Translations under genes and position numbers: made by a program
The notes under the pieces: model-generated
The model's input: the letters and a program-made list of their open reading frames with translations, nothing else
The model's database searches: none
What the model was told of the DNA's origin: nothing
Part shown: piece after piece, positions 40,518-49,661 of the stretch
How the letters are laid out: every line of letters starts with the position of its first letter
Position numbering within the stretch: position 1 is the first letter of the stretch
DNA from: Methylotenera sp.
Lineage (GTDB): Bacteria > Pseudomonadota > Gammaproteobacteria > Burkholderiales > Methylophilaceae
Length of the DNA: 64,000 nt
Assembly (NCBI RefSeq): GCF_029946165.1
Contig: NZ_JAQSDZ010000024.1
Span: forward strand, 35,825-99,824
Direction: 5' to 3'

Positions 40518-41520
40518 AAGCTTCTCCTTCCAAAAAAGGTCGATAGAAATCACTGTTATTTGGAACAGCGCCTCTAATTCCACACAAGGCCGCAGCAAAT
40601 GTGCTAGCTCTAGTTAACATTACTTCGGGCAACCAGTTCTCAAGAATACCTAACATACAGACTGCAGCAAAACCATCTCCAGCGCCTACAGTATCAACCA
40701 AGCCTCCATTTAGATTAGAGGCGGATACTCTGGCTTCTTTACCGTCTTTAGAAAGCATCCACGCACCATCAGCACCGCATGTGACTATCAGGCATGTCAA
40801 ATCAAACTTACCCATCAAACTTAGACCAAGATCATTAGCACTAACGCCAGTGAGCTTGAGTAAGCCAGCTACTAACTTAAGTTCTTCTTCATTGATCTTT
40901 ACTATATTAGCCCTTAATAAGGACCGCTTGATGATGTGTTTGTCATACCAAGGATGACGTAAGTTTATGTCCAAAAATCGAGGGCTTTTTGTGTCACTCA
41001 AAAAAGTATCTAAAGCGAGTCTTGACTCTACGCCCCTTTGGGCTAATGTTCCGTAATAGACCATTTCTGGGTGCATAGCCATTGTGACTAAATGGACGAC
41101 TCCAGAATGAATATGGTCATACGCCTGTTCTGGAAGTATTTCAAAACGATGATTACTTTCATCCATATGAACAATTACTTGGCCAGTCGGTCTTATTTGG
41201 TCACATTGCACACCGGAGTCATCCATACCAAGGCGAGACAAATCGGCAAGAAACTCATCACGAAGCGGGTCATTTCCTGTTCTTGTAATCAGCACTGGGT
41301 GCTGACCAAACGCCTGCAAATGGTGCGCAACATTATATGGAGCGCCGCCAAGCACTGCCCGATCTGGAAATATATCCGCTAGCATTTCACCAAATAATGC
41401 AATTGTATGGTTACTTGCCTTTTGTTTTGTTGACAAGTCTGACTCGTACTTTTTTTGATTCAACAATTTACGTCCTCTAACTTCCTGTTTTATTTTCAAC
41501 GATACAACTATCAGCTGCAT
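40498..41520 (-). CDS. PfkB family fructokinase
   Basis: LFGEMLAD, GGAPYNVA, DINLR, DTVGAGDGF; overlaps the sps start; true start probably downstream of 41520. Confidence 0.9.
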   Translation of the reverse strand: MQLIVVSLKIKQEVRGRKLLNQKKYESDLSTKQKASNHTIALFGEMLADIFPDRAVLGGAPYNVAHHLQAFGQHPVLITRTGNDPLRDEFLADLSRLGMDDSGVQCDQIRPTGQVIVHMDESNHRFEILPEQAYDHIHSGVVHLVTMAMHPEMVYYGTLAQRGVESRLALDTFLSDTKSPRFLDINLRHPWYDKHIIKRSLLRANIVKINEEELKLVAGLLKLTGVSANDLGLSLMGKFDLTCLIVTCGADGAWMLSKDGKEARVSASNLNGGLVDTVGAGDGFAAVCMLGILENWLPEVMLTRASTFAAALCGIRGAVPNNSDFYRPFLEGEAYGKPTE

Positions 41521-41600
41521 TCACAATCGCACCATCAACTTAACAAAGTGATCAAGCGTAGTTAGCTTGACTAATATAGATTCAGTATCTGCCCTTAAAC

Positions 41601-41615
41601 TTAATTTGTACAAAT
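41601..41615. promoter_or_regulatory. Repeated operator element, copy 2, upstream of fructokinase-sps
   Basis: TTAATTTGTACAAAT identical to 35951-35965. Confidence 0.65.
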
Positions 41616-42041
41616 ATATTTACGCGTAGCACAAGTGCCAATTTCAGCCTCTTTATTTCAAGGACTATTGCATTGATCAAGTGCATCTAATCGCTGTTTA
41701 AGTTTTATTAATATACTTAAGCGGTTGGTACAAACTAATAGTATTTAATGACTATTCAGCTCATGCCCCTGAGCGTCAGCTAACGTTGAATAAAGGAGTT
41801 TGCTGAAAACTCTGGAAATGATAGGTGCAATCATAGCAACCGCTATCAAGCTGGTGACCATTTCAATAACCATAATGAATGAAGTTAATGGGGCTTGGGG
41901 CAGCTAGTAGGTACGAAGCGCTACTTGGAGTTTCTTGTATATGGGACCAAGCAGATGCCGACATCAGCCCCTAATCACATCAGTGGTAGGAAATACCTAT
42001 TCATTCGATTACTTTTTATACTTAAACTAAAATTTTTTATT

Positions 42042-42078
42042 TAATACATTTGTACAAATTAATTATAGCAAATATAAT
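42042..42078 (+). promoter_or_regulatory. Repeated operator element, copy 3, overlapping a sigma70-like promoter of tusA
   Basis: ATTTGTACAAAT at 42048-42059; TTGTAC-N17-TATAAT. Confidence 0.7.
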
Positions 42079-42193
42079 TAACCTAGATGCAATTTTTTGT
42101 TAGACATTCGATATCAGACTATTTCTACTGTTGTTTGAACAGCAAGCATTAAATAACTGAATAAAATAAGAAACGAAACTGAAAAGGAAATTT

Positions 42194-42427
42194 ATGACGA
42201 ATAACTACGACATCTTTCTTGATGCCACTGAATTTGATTGCCCAATGCCAACCATTCACACTAGAAATGCTCTAGATGGCATGGTTGCAGGACAAACGTT
42301 AAAACTATTAACAAGCAAAGAGGGAACAATCAAAAACATTCGTACATTCGTGGCAAATAATCCATATACTTTGCTTAGCGAATCAAAAGAAGAAGAGGAC
42401 TTTGTATTTATAATACAAAAGCTTTAA
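42194..42427 (+). CDS. TusA/SirA-like sulfur carrier protein
   Basis: LDATEFDCPMPTI (CPxP motif), GQTLKLLT. Confidence 0.9.
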   Translation: MTNNYDIFLDATEFDCPMPTIHTRNALDGMVAGQTLKLLTSKEGTIKNIRTFVANNPYTLLSESKEEEDFVFIIQKL

Positions 42428-42583
42428 ATAATCGGTATTTGTTCCATACTGCAGTGGAAATTAATTCGAGATAAAAAGCTAAATTTAGCCTCTTGTATCA
42501 ATTTCGCCGAATTGACACTTTGAATTAAATGCGAGCAAAATCTACTTCCATGTTGATGAATTAAAATCCATATAAACTAATAA

Positions 42584-42907
42584 ATAGGTATTGCTGCTTT
42601 ACAAGCAGTTATTAAATCAGGAGCAGAATCAAGATCCAGCGTTGCAAGAAGGCTTGGAATTGATGCATCGCAAGCATCTAAAATTGCAGCAGGGAAGTTT
42701 CGTAGAATGTCTGGAAATGCACTTAATGTATGCAAATTAGCACAGTCAATTTTAACTAAAGAAAATGCGTATGCTACAAATCCTGAACTAGTTGGTCGAT
42801 TGAGTTTATTAGCGGAGCAGCTTACTGAAAAAAATCCAGATGCTGCTCACTCTTTGGTAGGAATGCTGCAGACTCTCATTGCGGAGCATGATTTAGCCTT
42901 AAACTAA
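42584..42907 (+). pseudogene. XRE-like HTH gene lacking a valid start
   Basis: Frame upstream of ATG42707 reads IGIAALQAVIKSGAESRSSVARRLGIDASQASKIAAGKFRR, preceded by TAATAA and no ATG/GTG/TTG. Confidence 0.5.
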
Positions 42908-42946
42908 AACTTAGGCAAGGTATTAAGTGGTGTTGAAATGCTCGAT

Positions 42947-43135
42947 TTATGTCTCGGAAAAAACCAGATTGGAACTTAAATTTTTAAAGTGGGTTTGAAC
43001 AGTAAGTCTTGCTATCTTCGTAACCGAAGTCAAAATTATTTCGTCATCTACAGGCGCGGAACTTAGGGTCTCTTTAAGCTCATTTCAAACAATATGAAAA
43101 GGATGACTTTCAAACTGCTCAATCCAACGTGACAT
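42947..43135 (-). pseudogene. Truncated hypothetical gene with internal TGA
   Basis: AGGGG RBS then MSRWIEQFESHPFHIV*NELKETLSSAPVDDEIILTSVTKIARL...; TGA at 43087-43085 could derive from TGG. Confidence 0.5.
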
Positions 43136-43383
43136 GGTTGCCCCTAAGTATTTTTTATTTATTCAACATATTCTACGCAAAGATGGTGGGTGTGAGAAAT
43201 GTATTGATTTACTTAACTTTCTAATTAATTCGATAATGTAGATTTACTCATCAGTTAACAAAACTTGTATTACCAGAAAAAGCAGTACTGGAGAAATGTA
43301 CGCTTAAGTTGCAAGCATAAAGCTGTCTTTTGGACAAGGTTATGCTTCCTCTGACATTAATTAACCGTTTTATATGGAATATT

Positions 43384-43460
43384 TGGTGCGCCCGGCGGGA
43401 GTCGAACCCACGACCTTTGGCTTCGGAAACCAACACTCTATCCAGCTGAGCTACGGGCGC
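43384..43460 (-). tRNA. tRNA-Arg (anticodon CCG)
   Basis: GCGCCCGTAGCTCAGCTGGATAGAGTGTTGGTTTCCGAAGCCAAAGGTCGTGGGTTCGACTCCCGCCGGGCGCACCA, 77 nt with D-loop, TTCGA T-loop and CCA. Confidence 0.97.
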
Positions 43461-43597
43461 AAATATGCACGCATTATAACAAACCATGGCTTTCATGTAT
43501 TTTTTAACTGAATGAGTATGGTCTTTTGACATAAGTTAAAGTGTGGGATAATGTTAATAATATGTATCTATATAACTAAATTAGGGAATGTACTGTT

Positions 43598-44503
43598 ATG
43601 AGCAATCGCGATAATGAATATAAAGGTTCCACTTTAAAGCAATTAATCTTGGTGATTCCGGGTGCTATTTTAGCGTTTACCTTATTAATTTCCTTAATTG
43701 CAAAGACCTCTAGTATTTTAAGTACGCCCGCGGCCGAAGTGCCCCAAGCAGTGGTTGCTCAAGTTGAAGAAAATATTAAGCCATTGGCTAATGTAGAAGT
43801 TGCCGTGGCAGACGCTGGCCCACATGTAGATAAAAGTGGTGAAGAGGTCGTTAATGCCGTATGTAGTGCGTGCCATGCCAGTGGTTTAATGAGTTCGCCT
43901 AAACTTGGAGATAAAGATCAATGGGCTCCTCGTATTGCCCAAGGTTACGATACGCTCGTTAGTAATGCGATTAATGGTATTCGATCTATGCCTGCTCGCG
44001 GTGGTAACAGTGCGTTAACAGATGGTGAAATGGCAAATGCGGTAGCCTATATGGCAAATCAAAGCGGGGCTAATTTTACAGCACCAACATCAAAAACTGA
44101 TGTACCTTCTGATTTGAAACCGGCGGAAGCTACACCAGCTGCTGCGGTACCAGCCCCAAAAGTTGTAGAGAAGAAAACGGAATCTGTTGCCGTAGTAGAA
44201 AAACCTACAGTGTCAGCAGTCGTTGTAAATGCTGCCCCTGCGGCAAGTAAAGGTAAAAGCGGTCAAGAAGTTTACAAAGCTGTTTGCAGTATGTGTCACA
44301 GCGGTGGTTTGATGGGTGCGCCTAAACTGGGTGATAAAGAGCAATGGGCACCGCGTATTGCACAAGGTCACGACACATTAGTCACCCACGCGGTTAAAGG
44401 TATTCGTATGATGCCAGCAAAAGGCGGTAATGCGGATTTGAGCGATAATGAAGTTGCTGACGCTGTCACATACATGGCGAATGAAGCTGGGGCAAAATTT
44501 TAA
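43598..44503 (+). CDS. Membrane-anchored diheme cytochrome c5-type protein
   Basis: Two homologous domains, CSACH and CSMCH, each with WAPRIAQG...MP(A)xGG; Pro/Ala-rich linker. Confidence 0.93.
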   Translation: MSNRDNEYKGSTLKQLILVIPGAILAFTLLISLIAKTSSILSTPAAEVPQAVVAQVEENIKPLANVEVAVADAGPHVDKSGEEVVNAVCSACHASGLMSSPKLGDKDQWAPRIAQGYDTLVSNAINGIRSMPARGGNSALTDGEMANAVAYMANQSGANFTAPTSKTDVPSDLKPAEATPAAAVPAPKVVEKKTESVAVVEKPTVSAVVVNAAPAASKGKSGQEVYKAVCSMCHSGGLMGAPKLGDKEQWAPRIAQGHDTLVTHAVKGIRMMPAKGGNADLSDNEVADAVTYMANEAGAKF

Positions 44504-44562
44504 TTACATAAATTAAAACTTAGCTGTTATTAAATTAGTTTTAAATAGTAAACATTAAAAAT

Positions 44563-44596
44563 AAAAAAGCCACTTACACTGTTAAGTGGCTTTTTT
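44563..44596. terminator. Intrinsic terminator after the cytochrome gene
   Basis: AAAAAAGCCACTTA-CACTGT-TAAGTGGCTTTTTT. Confidence 0.88.
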
Positions 44597-44599
44597 ACT

Positions 44600-45445
44600 A
44601 TGGGCAATAAATCAATGGCAACATATGCAATAGGCGATATTCAAGGTTGCTATCATGCTTTTCAAGCATTATTGGCGAGGATTAGTTTTAATCCAAAAGT
44701 TGATCAACTCTGGTTAGTGGGGGATTTAATCAATCGAGGTAGTGGTTCGCTTGAAGTGTTGCGTTGGTGCTATGAGCATCAGCATAGCTTAAAAGTGGTG
44801 CTGGGTAATCATGATCTGCATGCGTTGGTTGTGGCGGCTGGTTTTGTTAACGCACACAAAGGCGATACTTTAGATGCGATATTGCAGGCTGATGATCGCG
44901 ATGAGTTGTTAACTTGGTTGCGACATCAGCATATGGTGTACCAAAATGAATCGTATTTGATGGTTCATGCAGGGTTATTACCGCAGTGGACAATCGAACA
45001 AACAGCTGACTATGCTAAAGAAGTTGAGGGAGCATTGCGTGGAGATGATTACCTATATTTCTTAGCGCATATGTACGGTAACCAACCTGATGGTTGGAAA
45101 AATGAGTTACTAGGTTTAGACCGGCTACGTGTTATTACTAATGCCATGACGCGTCTAAGAGTTTGTACAGAGCAAGGTGCGATGGAGTTTAGCTTTAAGG
45201 GTGAGTTGGCAGATATCCCTGCAGGATTTGTACCTTGGTTTGATGTGGAAAACCGAGCAAGCCAAGATAAACATGTTATTTTTGGACACTGGTCTGCCCT
45301 TGGGTTGCAGCAACGGCAGAATGTATATGCACTTGATACAGGATGTTTATGGGGTGGTCAGCTAACCGCAATGAATTTAGAAACCAAAGCGATTACACAA
45401 GTACAATCACATCCACTCGATAAGCCAATTAAGTTAAAGCTTTAA
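44600..45445 (+). CDS. apaH: Symmetrical bis(5'-nucleosyl)-tetraphosphatase
   Basis: YAIGDIQGC, GDLINRG, LGNHDLH, FGHWSALG, DTGCLWGG. Confidence 0.95.
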   Translation: MGNKSMATYAIGDIQGCYHAFQALLARISFNPKVDQLWLVGDLINRGSGSLEVLRWCYEHQHSLKVVLGNHDLHALVVAAGFVNAHKGDTLDAILQADDRDELLTWLRHQHMVYQNESYLMVHAGLLPQWTIEQTADYAKEVEGALRGDDYLYFLAHMYGNQPDGWKNELLGLDRLRVITNAMTRLRVCTEQGAMEFSFKGELADIPAGFVPWFDVENRASQDKHVIFGHWSALGLQQRQNVYALDTGCLWGGQLTAMNLETKAITQVQSHPLDKPIKLKL

Positions 45446-46291
45446 TTTTTCTTTGATTAACTGCTCAATATGTGAGGTGAGTTTTCGGCGGTCTTTCTCT
45501 ATTTCAGTTAAGTCAGAAGTGGCGATTGGTGGCAGAAAATGCAGCTCTACTGAGATTTTCTTTTGCTGCAATACTAATTGAATGGACTCGATTAAAGTAG
45601 TTTCGCCAGCATATGCAATCTCCGTGTTTACGCTGCCATTTTTGAGAGGGTAGCGAAAAGCGATTGGCCAAATCACAGCATTTGCATGAATCGCACCTTG
45701 AATAATGCTACTTTTAAATGGCTTTATCTCGGTGCCGTCTGTTGTTGTGCCCTCTGGAAATAAGCAAACAGTGTCGCCATTTAGCAGGCTATTGTTGGTC
45801 GCATGGACAATACGCGCGGCATCTTGACGCTTTACTCTAGAAATAAATAATACATTCGATTTTTTTGCTAAGTAGCCAAATACAGGCCAGCTTTTAATGT
45901 CTGATTTTGCAATAAATCTTGTCGGAATAATGCTATTAAGTACGTGAATATCAATCCAGGAAATATGGTTGCCAACAAACATGATATTGCGGGCAGTTTG
46001 GTAGGGCGGAGGTAAATGCCCGTGACTTTCAAGACGTATATTAAGAATCCCTAATAAATGTTTACACCACCATTTGATTAACCGTAATTTAAACAATTTA
46101 CCAGACAGCGGAAATACCAGAGCCGCTAGGGCTATCCCTAGCAAGGTATGCAAGAAAATGCGGCTGATTCTAAAGTAGCGAGTAAGTCTGCTTGTTCTAG
46201 AGGATGTATGAGTTGGCGTATTAATGGCGTTGTTTTTAGTCGATATCAATACGTCATATTTTATACGGAACGCACTTGCAAAACTAATCAT
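45434..46291 (-). CDS. olsA: Lyso-ornithine-lipid / 1-acyl-glycerophosphate acyltransferase (OlsA-like)
   Basis: NHISWID, FIAKSDI, FPEGTT; immediately downstream of the OlsB-like gene. Confidence 0.75.
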   Translation of the reverse strand: MISFASAFRIKYDVLISTKNNAINTPTHTSSRTSRLTRYFRISRIFLHTLLGIALAALVFPLSGKLFKLRLIKWWCKHLLGILNIRLESHGHLPPPYQTARNIMFVGNHISWIDIHVLNSIIPTRFIAKSDIKSWPVFGYLAKKSNVLFISRVKRQDAARIVHATNNSLLNGDTVCLFPEGTTTDGTEIKPFKSSIIQGAIHANAVIWPIAFRYPLKNGSVNTEIAYAGETTLIESIQLVLQQKKISVELHFLPPIATSDLTEIEKDRRKLTSHIEQLIKEKLKL

Positions 46292-46316
46292 TTATTCTAG
46301 AGGTTTTTCTTAGCCC

Positions 46317-47117
46317 TTATTTAAAAAAGTGTGCTGCGTATCTAGTATTCATTCTGCTAAGCGGCAACATGACCAGCATATCTGCCGTGTTGAAGTAAGG
46401 ATCCCATGCGGGTTCGCCGCAAATGTAAGCACCAAGGCGTAGGTAGCCTTTAATTAGCGGTGGGCAAGCTACTTGCATATCTGTTCGCAGAGAGTCGTTT
46501 AATAGTGGATTGCGTGGAAATACACGATATTCAAGTGGGCATAAAAAATCATCTTGCAGTCTGTGATACAAGCTTGCCGCTGCGTGACCGCCATCGCTCA
46601 TGCTTACGCTACCGCAACCTATCATGTATTCATAATTGTGAACTTGCATGTATTTGGCAAGGCCAGCCCAAAGCATTGTGATTGTGCCGCCATTACGATA
46701 ATTCTTGTGTACGCATGCACGACCAACTTCAACTGTACGGTCAAATAGATGTGAGATTCGGCTTAAATCAAACTCGGCAGCAGAGTAATAGCCGCCAGCG
46801 TCATTCGCTTTTGAAGGGCTTAACATTCGATAGGTGCCAATCACTTGGTTGGTGCTGGTGTCCCTTACAATTAAGTGATCACAATATTGGTCAAAACCAT
46901 CTACATCAAGTCCACCCGTACCTAAGAGCTGAGCGCCCATTTCTTCAGCAAACACTTTGTAACGTAAGCGCTGAGCTTCTTCAATTTCTACTTGGCTGTG
47001 CGCAAGGCTGATACTCAGGCGTTTTTGCTCGTGAATGGCTACATGGGCAAGCTTTTGCTTGACTGCTAGTGTGCCAGCCAAAGCAATATCAAGTGCTGAA
47101 AATTCTTTACTTATCAT
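46317..47117 (-). CDS. olsB: Ornithine N-acyltransferase (OlsB-like GNAT)
   Basis: AQRLRYKVFAEEMGA, DQYCDHLIV, GTYRML, EVGRACVH, PPLIKGYLRLGA. Confidence 0.85.
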   Translation of the reverse strand: MISKEFSALDIALAGTLAVKQKLAHVAIHEQKRLSISLAHSQVEIEEAQRLRYKVFAEEMGAQLLGTGGLDVDGFDQYCDHLIVRDTSTNQVIGTYRMLSPSKANDAGGYYSAAEFDLSRISHLFDRTVEVGRACVHKNYRNGGTITMLWAGLAKYMQVHNYEYMIGCGSVSMSDGGHAAASLYHRLQDDFLCPLEYRVFPRNPLLNDSLRTDMQVACPPLIKGYLRLGAYICGEPAWDPYFNTADMLVMLPLSRMNTRYAAHFFK

Positions 47118-47160
47118 TAAATGTCTCCTTTTAAATTTAAGGTGACTTTAATGAACAAAA

Positions 47161-47200
47161 GTGAAAAAGAGATGACGGAAATATGACTTTTTATTGACAG
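47161..47200 (-). promoter_or_regulatory. Array of four Pho-box half-sites upstream of olsB
   Basis: Minus strand CTGTCAA-TAAA-AAGTCAT-ATTT-CCGTCAT-CTCT-TTTTCAC, exact 11-bp periodicity. Confidence 0.75.
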
Positions 47201-47264
47201 TCTATTTGCGGGTGAATATTCTCAATAGTTTGTTAAAGAGGAAATTTAATTTATAAAATTAATT

Positions 47265-47296
47265 AAAAAAAGAGACGCAATTAGCTTGCGTCTCTT
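47265..47296 (-). terminator. Intrinsic terminator after slyB
   Basis: AAGAGACGCAA-TTAGC-TTGCGTCTCTT with an A-run on the + strand side. Confidence 0.85.
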
Positions 47297-47316
47297 GATT
47301 GGGCATGAAGGGCTTC

Positions 47317-47769
47317 TTAGTGTGTAACGCGTGAAGTGCCGCCGTTTTCCACCAAGCGTACTTTATCGCCAGCTTTAAATTCCTCATCCGCTTCTTGTAC
47401 GATGGCAATGAGTGCGCCACCATCTAGTTTTACAGTGATTTCATATGCGTCTTTACGTGTTACGCCTTCTTCAACTGCTGAACCTGCCAGCCCGCCAGCC
47501 ACCGCACCAATTACCGCTGCGATAGCACTACCGCGACCGCCACCGATTGAGCTACCAGCAATGCCGCCTACTGCGCCACCTGCGATTGTACCGACAGGGG
47601 ATTTAGTACCTTCTAGTTTTACTAAGCGCACACTTTCTACCACACCAGTTCTCACTGTTTGCACCTTACGTGCATCGTCACGGCTATAAACGCTGCCAGA
47701 ATTTGAGCTTGCGCAAGCAGCAAGAAATACACTTAATATACCAACGGCCAATAATCTTGTTGTTTTCAT
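47317..47769 (-). CDS. slyB: Outer-membrane glycine-zipper lipoprotein (SlyB/Pcp)
   Basis: Lipobox FLAAC, glycine zipper GAVGGIAGSSIGGG; start set at ATG47769. Confidence 0.88.
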   Translation of the reverse strand: MKTTRLLAVGILSVFLAACASSNSGSVYSRDDARKVQTVRTGVVESVRLVKLEGTKSPVGTIAGGAVGGIAGSSIGGGRGSAIAAVIGAVAGGLAGSAVEEGVTRKDAYEITVKLDGGALIAIVQEADEEFKAGDKVRLVENGGTSRVTH

Positions 47770-47855
47770 ATGATGCCTCCTAAATTTTAACACTCACATT
47801 AGTTAGTGTTAAATGTTAATACTCAGACTATTTATTCTTAACTATAGTTGCGCCA

Positions 47856-48809
47856 TTAGCCTAAATTTTCAGTCAGTGCCGTTTCATCCACCAGTGCTTG
47901 TGTGTAGATGGCTTCAATATCTGCACGGGTCGGCTTGTGGTTTTGTCCACCACGGCTTTCAATTTTAATCGCGCCCATAGTCGAGGCTAACCTGCCGCAA
48001 GTCGGCCAATCCCAACCTTTTGCTATGCCGTAAAGTAAGCCAGCGCGGTAGGCGTCACCACAGCCAGTCGGGTCGACAATCTTCATGGCTTTAACGCAAG
48101 GAATGTCAAAACGTTGACCCTCTGCATAAATTTGTGAGCCAGCACCGCCCAGTGTCACGACTAAGGCTTTTACCTTAAGCGCTAATTGGTCTAAATTTAG
48201 CCCAGTTTTATCTTGAATAATTTGTGACTCATAATCGTTTACCGCTAGGTAGTCGGCCATTTCAATAAATTGTAAAAGCTCTTCACCATTAAACATCGGC
48301 AAGCCTTGGCCTGGGTCAAACAAAAATGGAATGCCAGCTTCAAAACATTCGCGCGCATGCTGAAACATACCATCACGTCCATCAGGAGCAATCACAGCTA
48401 ATGTTACATTTTCAGCATTCTTAACGCTATTTTGATGGGACTCTACCATCGCACCTGGATGAAAAGCCGTGATCTGATTGTCATCGGTATCGGTAGTAAT
48501 AAATGCTTGTGCAGTAAAGCTACCTTGAATAGTTTTGATGTGGGTGTTGTTAAGTTTGTTTTGATTCAGCCATTGAGTATAGGTAGAGAAATCTTCCCCC
48601 ACGGTTGCCATGATGAGTGGATTACCTTCAAGTAATTGCATGTTGTATGCAATATTGCCTGCGGTGCCGCCGAACTCGCGGCGCATTTCTGGCACATAAA
48701 ATGCCACGCTTAAGGCATGAATTTTATCTGGCAAGATGTGATTTTTAAATTTATCTTGAAACACCATAATGGTGTCAAAAGCAAGCGAGCCGCAAATAAG
48801 AGTGTTCAT
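47856..48809 (-). CDS. PfkB family carbohydrate/nucleoside kinase (adenosine kinase-like)
   Basis: GSLAFD, FGGTAGNIAY, DPGQ, DPTGCGDAYRAG. Confidence 0.9.
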   Translation of the reverse strand: MNTLICGSLAFDTIMVFQDKFKNHILPDKIHALSVAFYVPEMRREFGGTAGNIAYNMQLLEGNPLIMATVGEDFSTYTQWLNQNKLNNTHIKTIQGSFTAQAFITTDTDDNQITAFHPGAMVESHQNSVKNAENVTLAVIAPDGRDGMFQHARECFEAGIPFLFDPGQGLPMFNGEELLQFIEMADYLAVNDYESQIIQDKTGLNLDQLALKVKALVVTLGGAGSQIYAEGQRFDIPCVKAMKIVDPTGCGDAYRAGLLYGIAKGWDWPTCGRLASTMGAIKIESRGGQNHKPTRADIEAIYTQALVDETALTENLG

Positions 48810-48885
48810 TAAAATAATAGATTAAAATAAAGTCCCTATTATCTTAGGTATTGGCTTGCACAGGCAAGCCAAATTAATGCTCTTG

Positions 48886-49449
48886 CTAATTGGTAAGCGC
48901 GCTATCGATTAGTATTTTTGAAGCCTTTTTCGCATATTTCATAGCGCCAGAGCCACGTTTCATTTGTTCGGCTTGCACTGCACCCTCAAAGATGAGCGAG
49001 AGTTGAAGCGCTAAGCCATCTGCGTCATGAATGCCAGCTTCTGTGGCTAGGCTAGAAATGAATTGTCTAAATTGACGGGATTGTTCTGAAGAGAGTTGAT
49101 GGATGGGACTTTCTTCATTTGGAAATTCCGCAGACGCTTTAATAAAGCCCATGCCACGAAAATTTGGCGAGGTGACCCATTCTTCAATAAATTCAAATAG
49201 CTTTTGTAGTTTATCGCTAGGTTTTTTTACATTGGAATTGAGTTGTTCGCTTAACCAGCTTTGAAAGTCTTGATGACCTTTTTCCAGCACTTCAAGTATT
49301 AGATTTTCTTTGCTAGTGAAGTATTTATAGAGTGTCATTTTAGTTGTACCCGCTACGGCAACAATCGTATCCACGCCAGTCGAATTTATACCCCTAGTTT
49401 GGAACAGGTCGGTAGCTACCACTAAAATTTTACTTTTCAACGAAGACAT
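48886..49449 (-). CDS. TetR/AcrR family regulator (paralog of 18581..19156)
   Basis: GVDTIVAVAGTTKMTLYKYFTSK HTH; QLSLIFEGA vs QLTIIFEGA; start set at ATG49449 (GGAGG RBS). Confidence 0.95.
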   Translation of the reverse strand: MSSLKSKILVVATDLFQTRGINSTGVDTIVAVAGTTKMTLYKYFTSKENLILEVLEKGHQDFQSWLSEQLNSNVKKPSDKLQKLFEFIEEWVTSPNFRGMGFIKASAEFPNEESPIHQLSSEQSRQFRQFISSLATEAGIHDADGLALQLSLIFEGAVQAEQMKRGSGAMKYAKKASKILIDSALTN

Positions 49450-49508
49450 TTGACTTGCCTCCAATTAACACTTGAATCTTATTTTATACTAAAATAAATA
49501 AAAAATCC

Positions 49509-49526
49509 ATATACAGACCTGTATAT
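49509..49526. promoter_or_regulatory. Candidate TetR operator in the tetR/mxaD divergent promoter
   Basis: ATATACAG-AC-CTGTATAT, perfect 8-bp arms. Confidence 0.7.
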
Positions 49527-49661
49527 ATAAGATAAACTATTTTCACTGTTGCAGTTTTTACACGATTAATTGTTGATTTATAAGAACATTGTAAATAATA
49601 AAACTGCAATAATGCGAAGTTAAATGTCTATACCAATATGTATATTTTCAGGAGAATTAAC

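Larger units (their letters stand above)
28911..43403. mobile_element. Decaying tRNA-Arg(CCG)-anchored genomic island (~14.5 kb), no integrase seen
   Basis: att-like direct repeat at the tRNA 3' end, accessory cargo, IS scars, multiple pseudogenes, AT-rich by eye. Confidence 0.6.

Noticed and set aside
31887-41975. Composite transposon bounded by GGGGCTG inverted ends
   Set aside because: Only about 10 bp match, no target-site duplication, no transposase.
41760-42004. Possible decayed secreted-protein gene on the minus strand (MNRYFLPLM*LG..MSASAWSH...)
   Set aside because: It needs a frameshift and several stops, has no clear RBS and no recognisable family.
43251-43532. 93-aa minus-strand ORF
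   Set aside because: It runs through tRNA-Arg and is a translation artefact.
49549-49609. 10-bp inverted repeat TTGCAGTTTT / AAAACTGCAA in the mxaD promoter
   Set aside because: AT-rich arms 41 bp apart with no second example; not enough to call a site.
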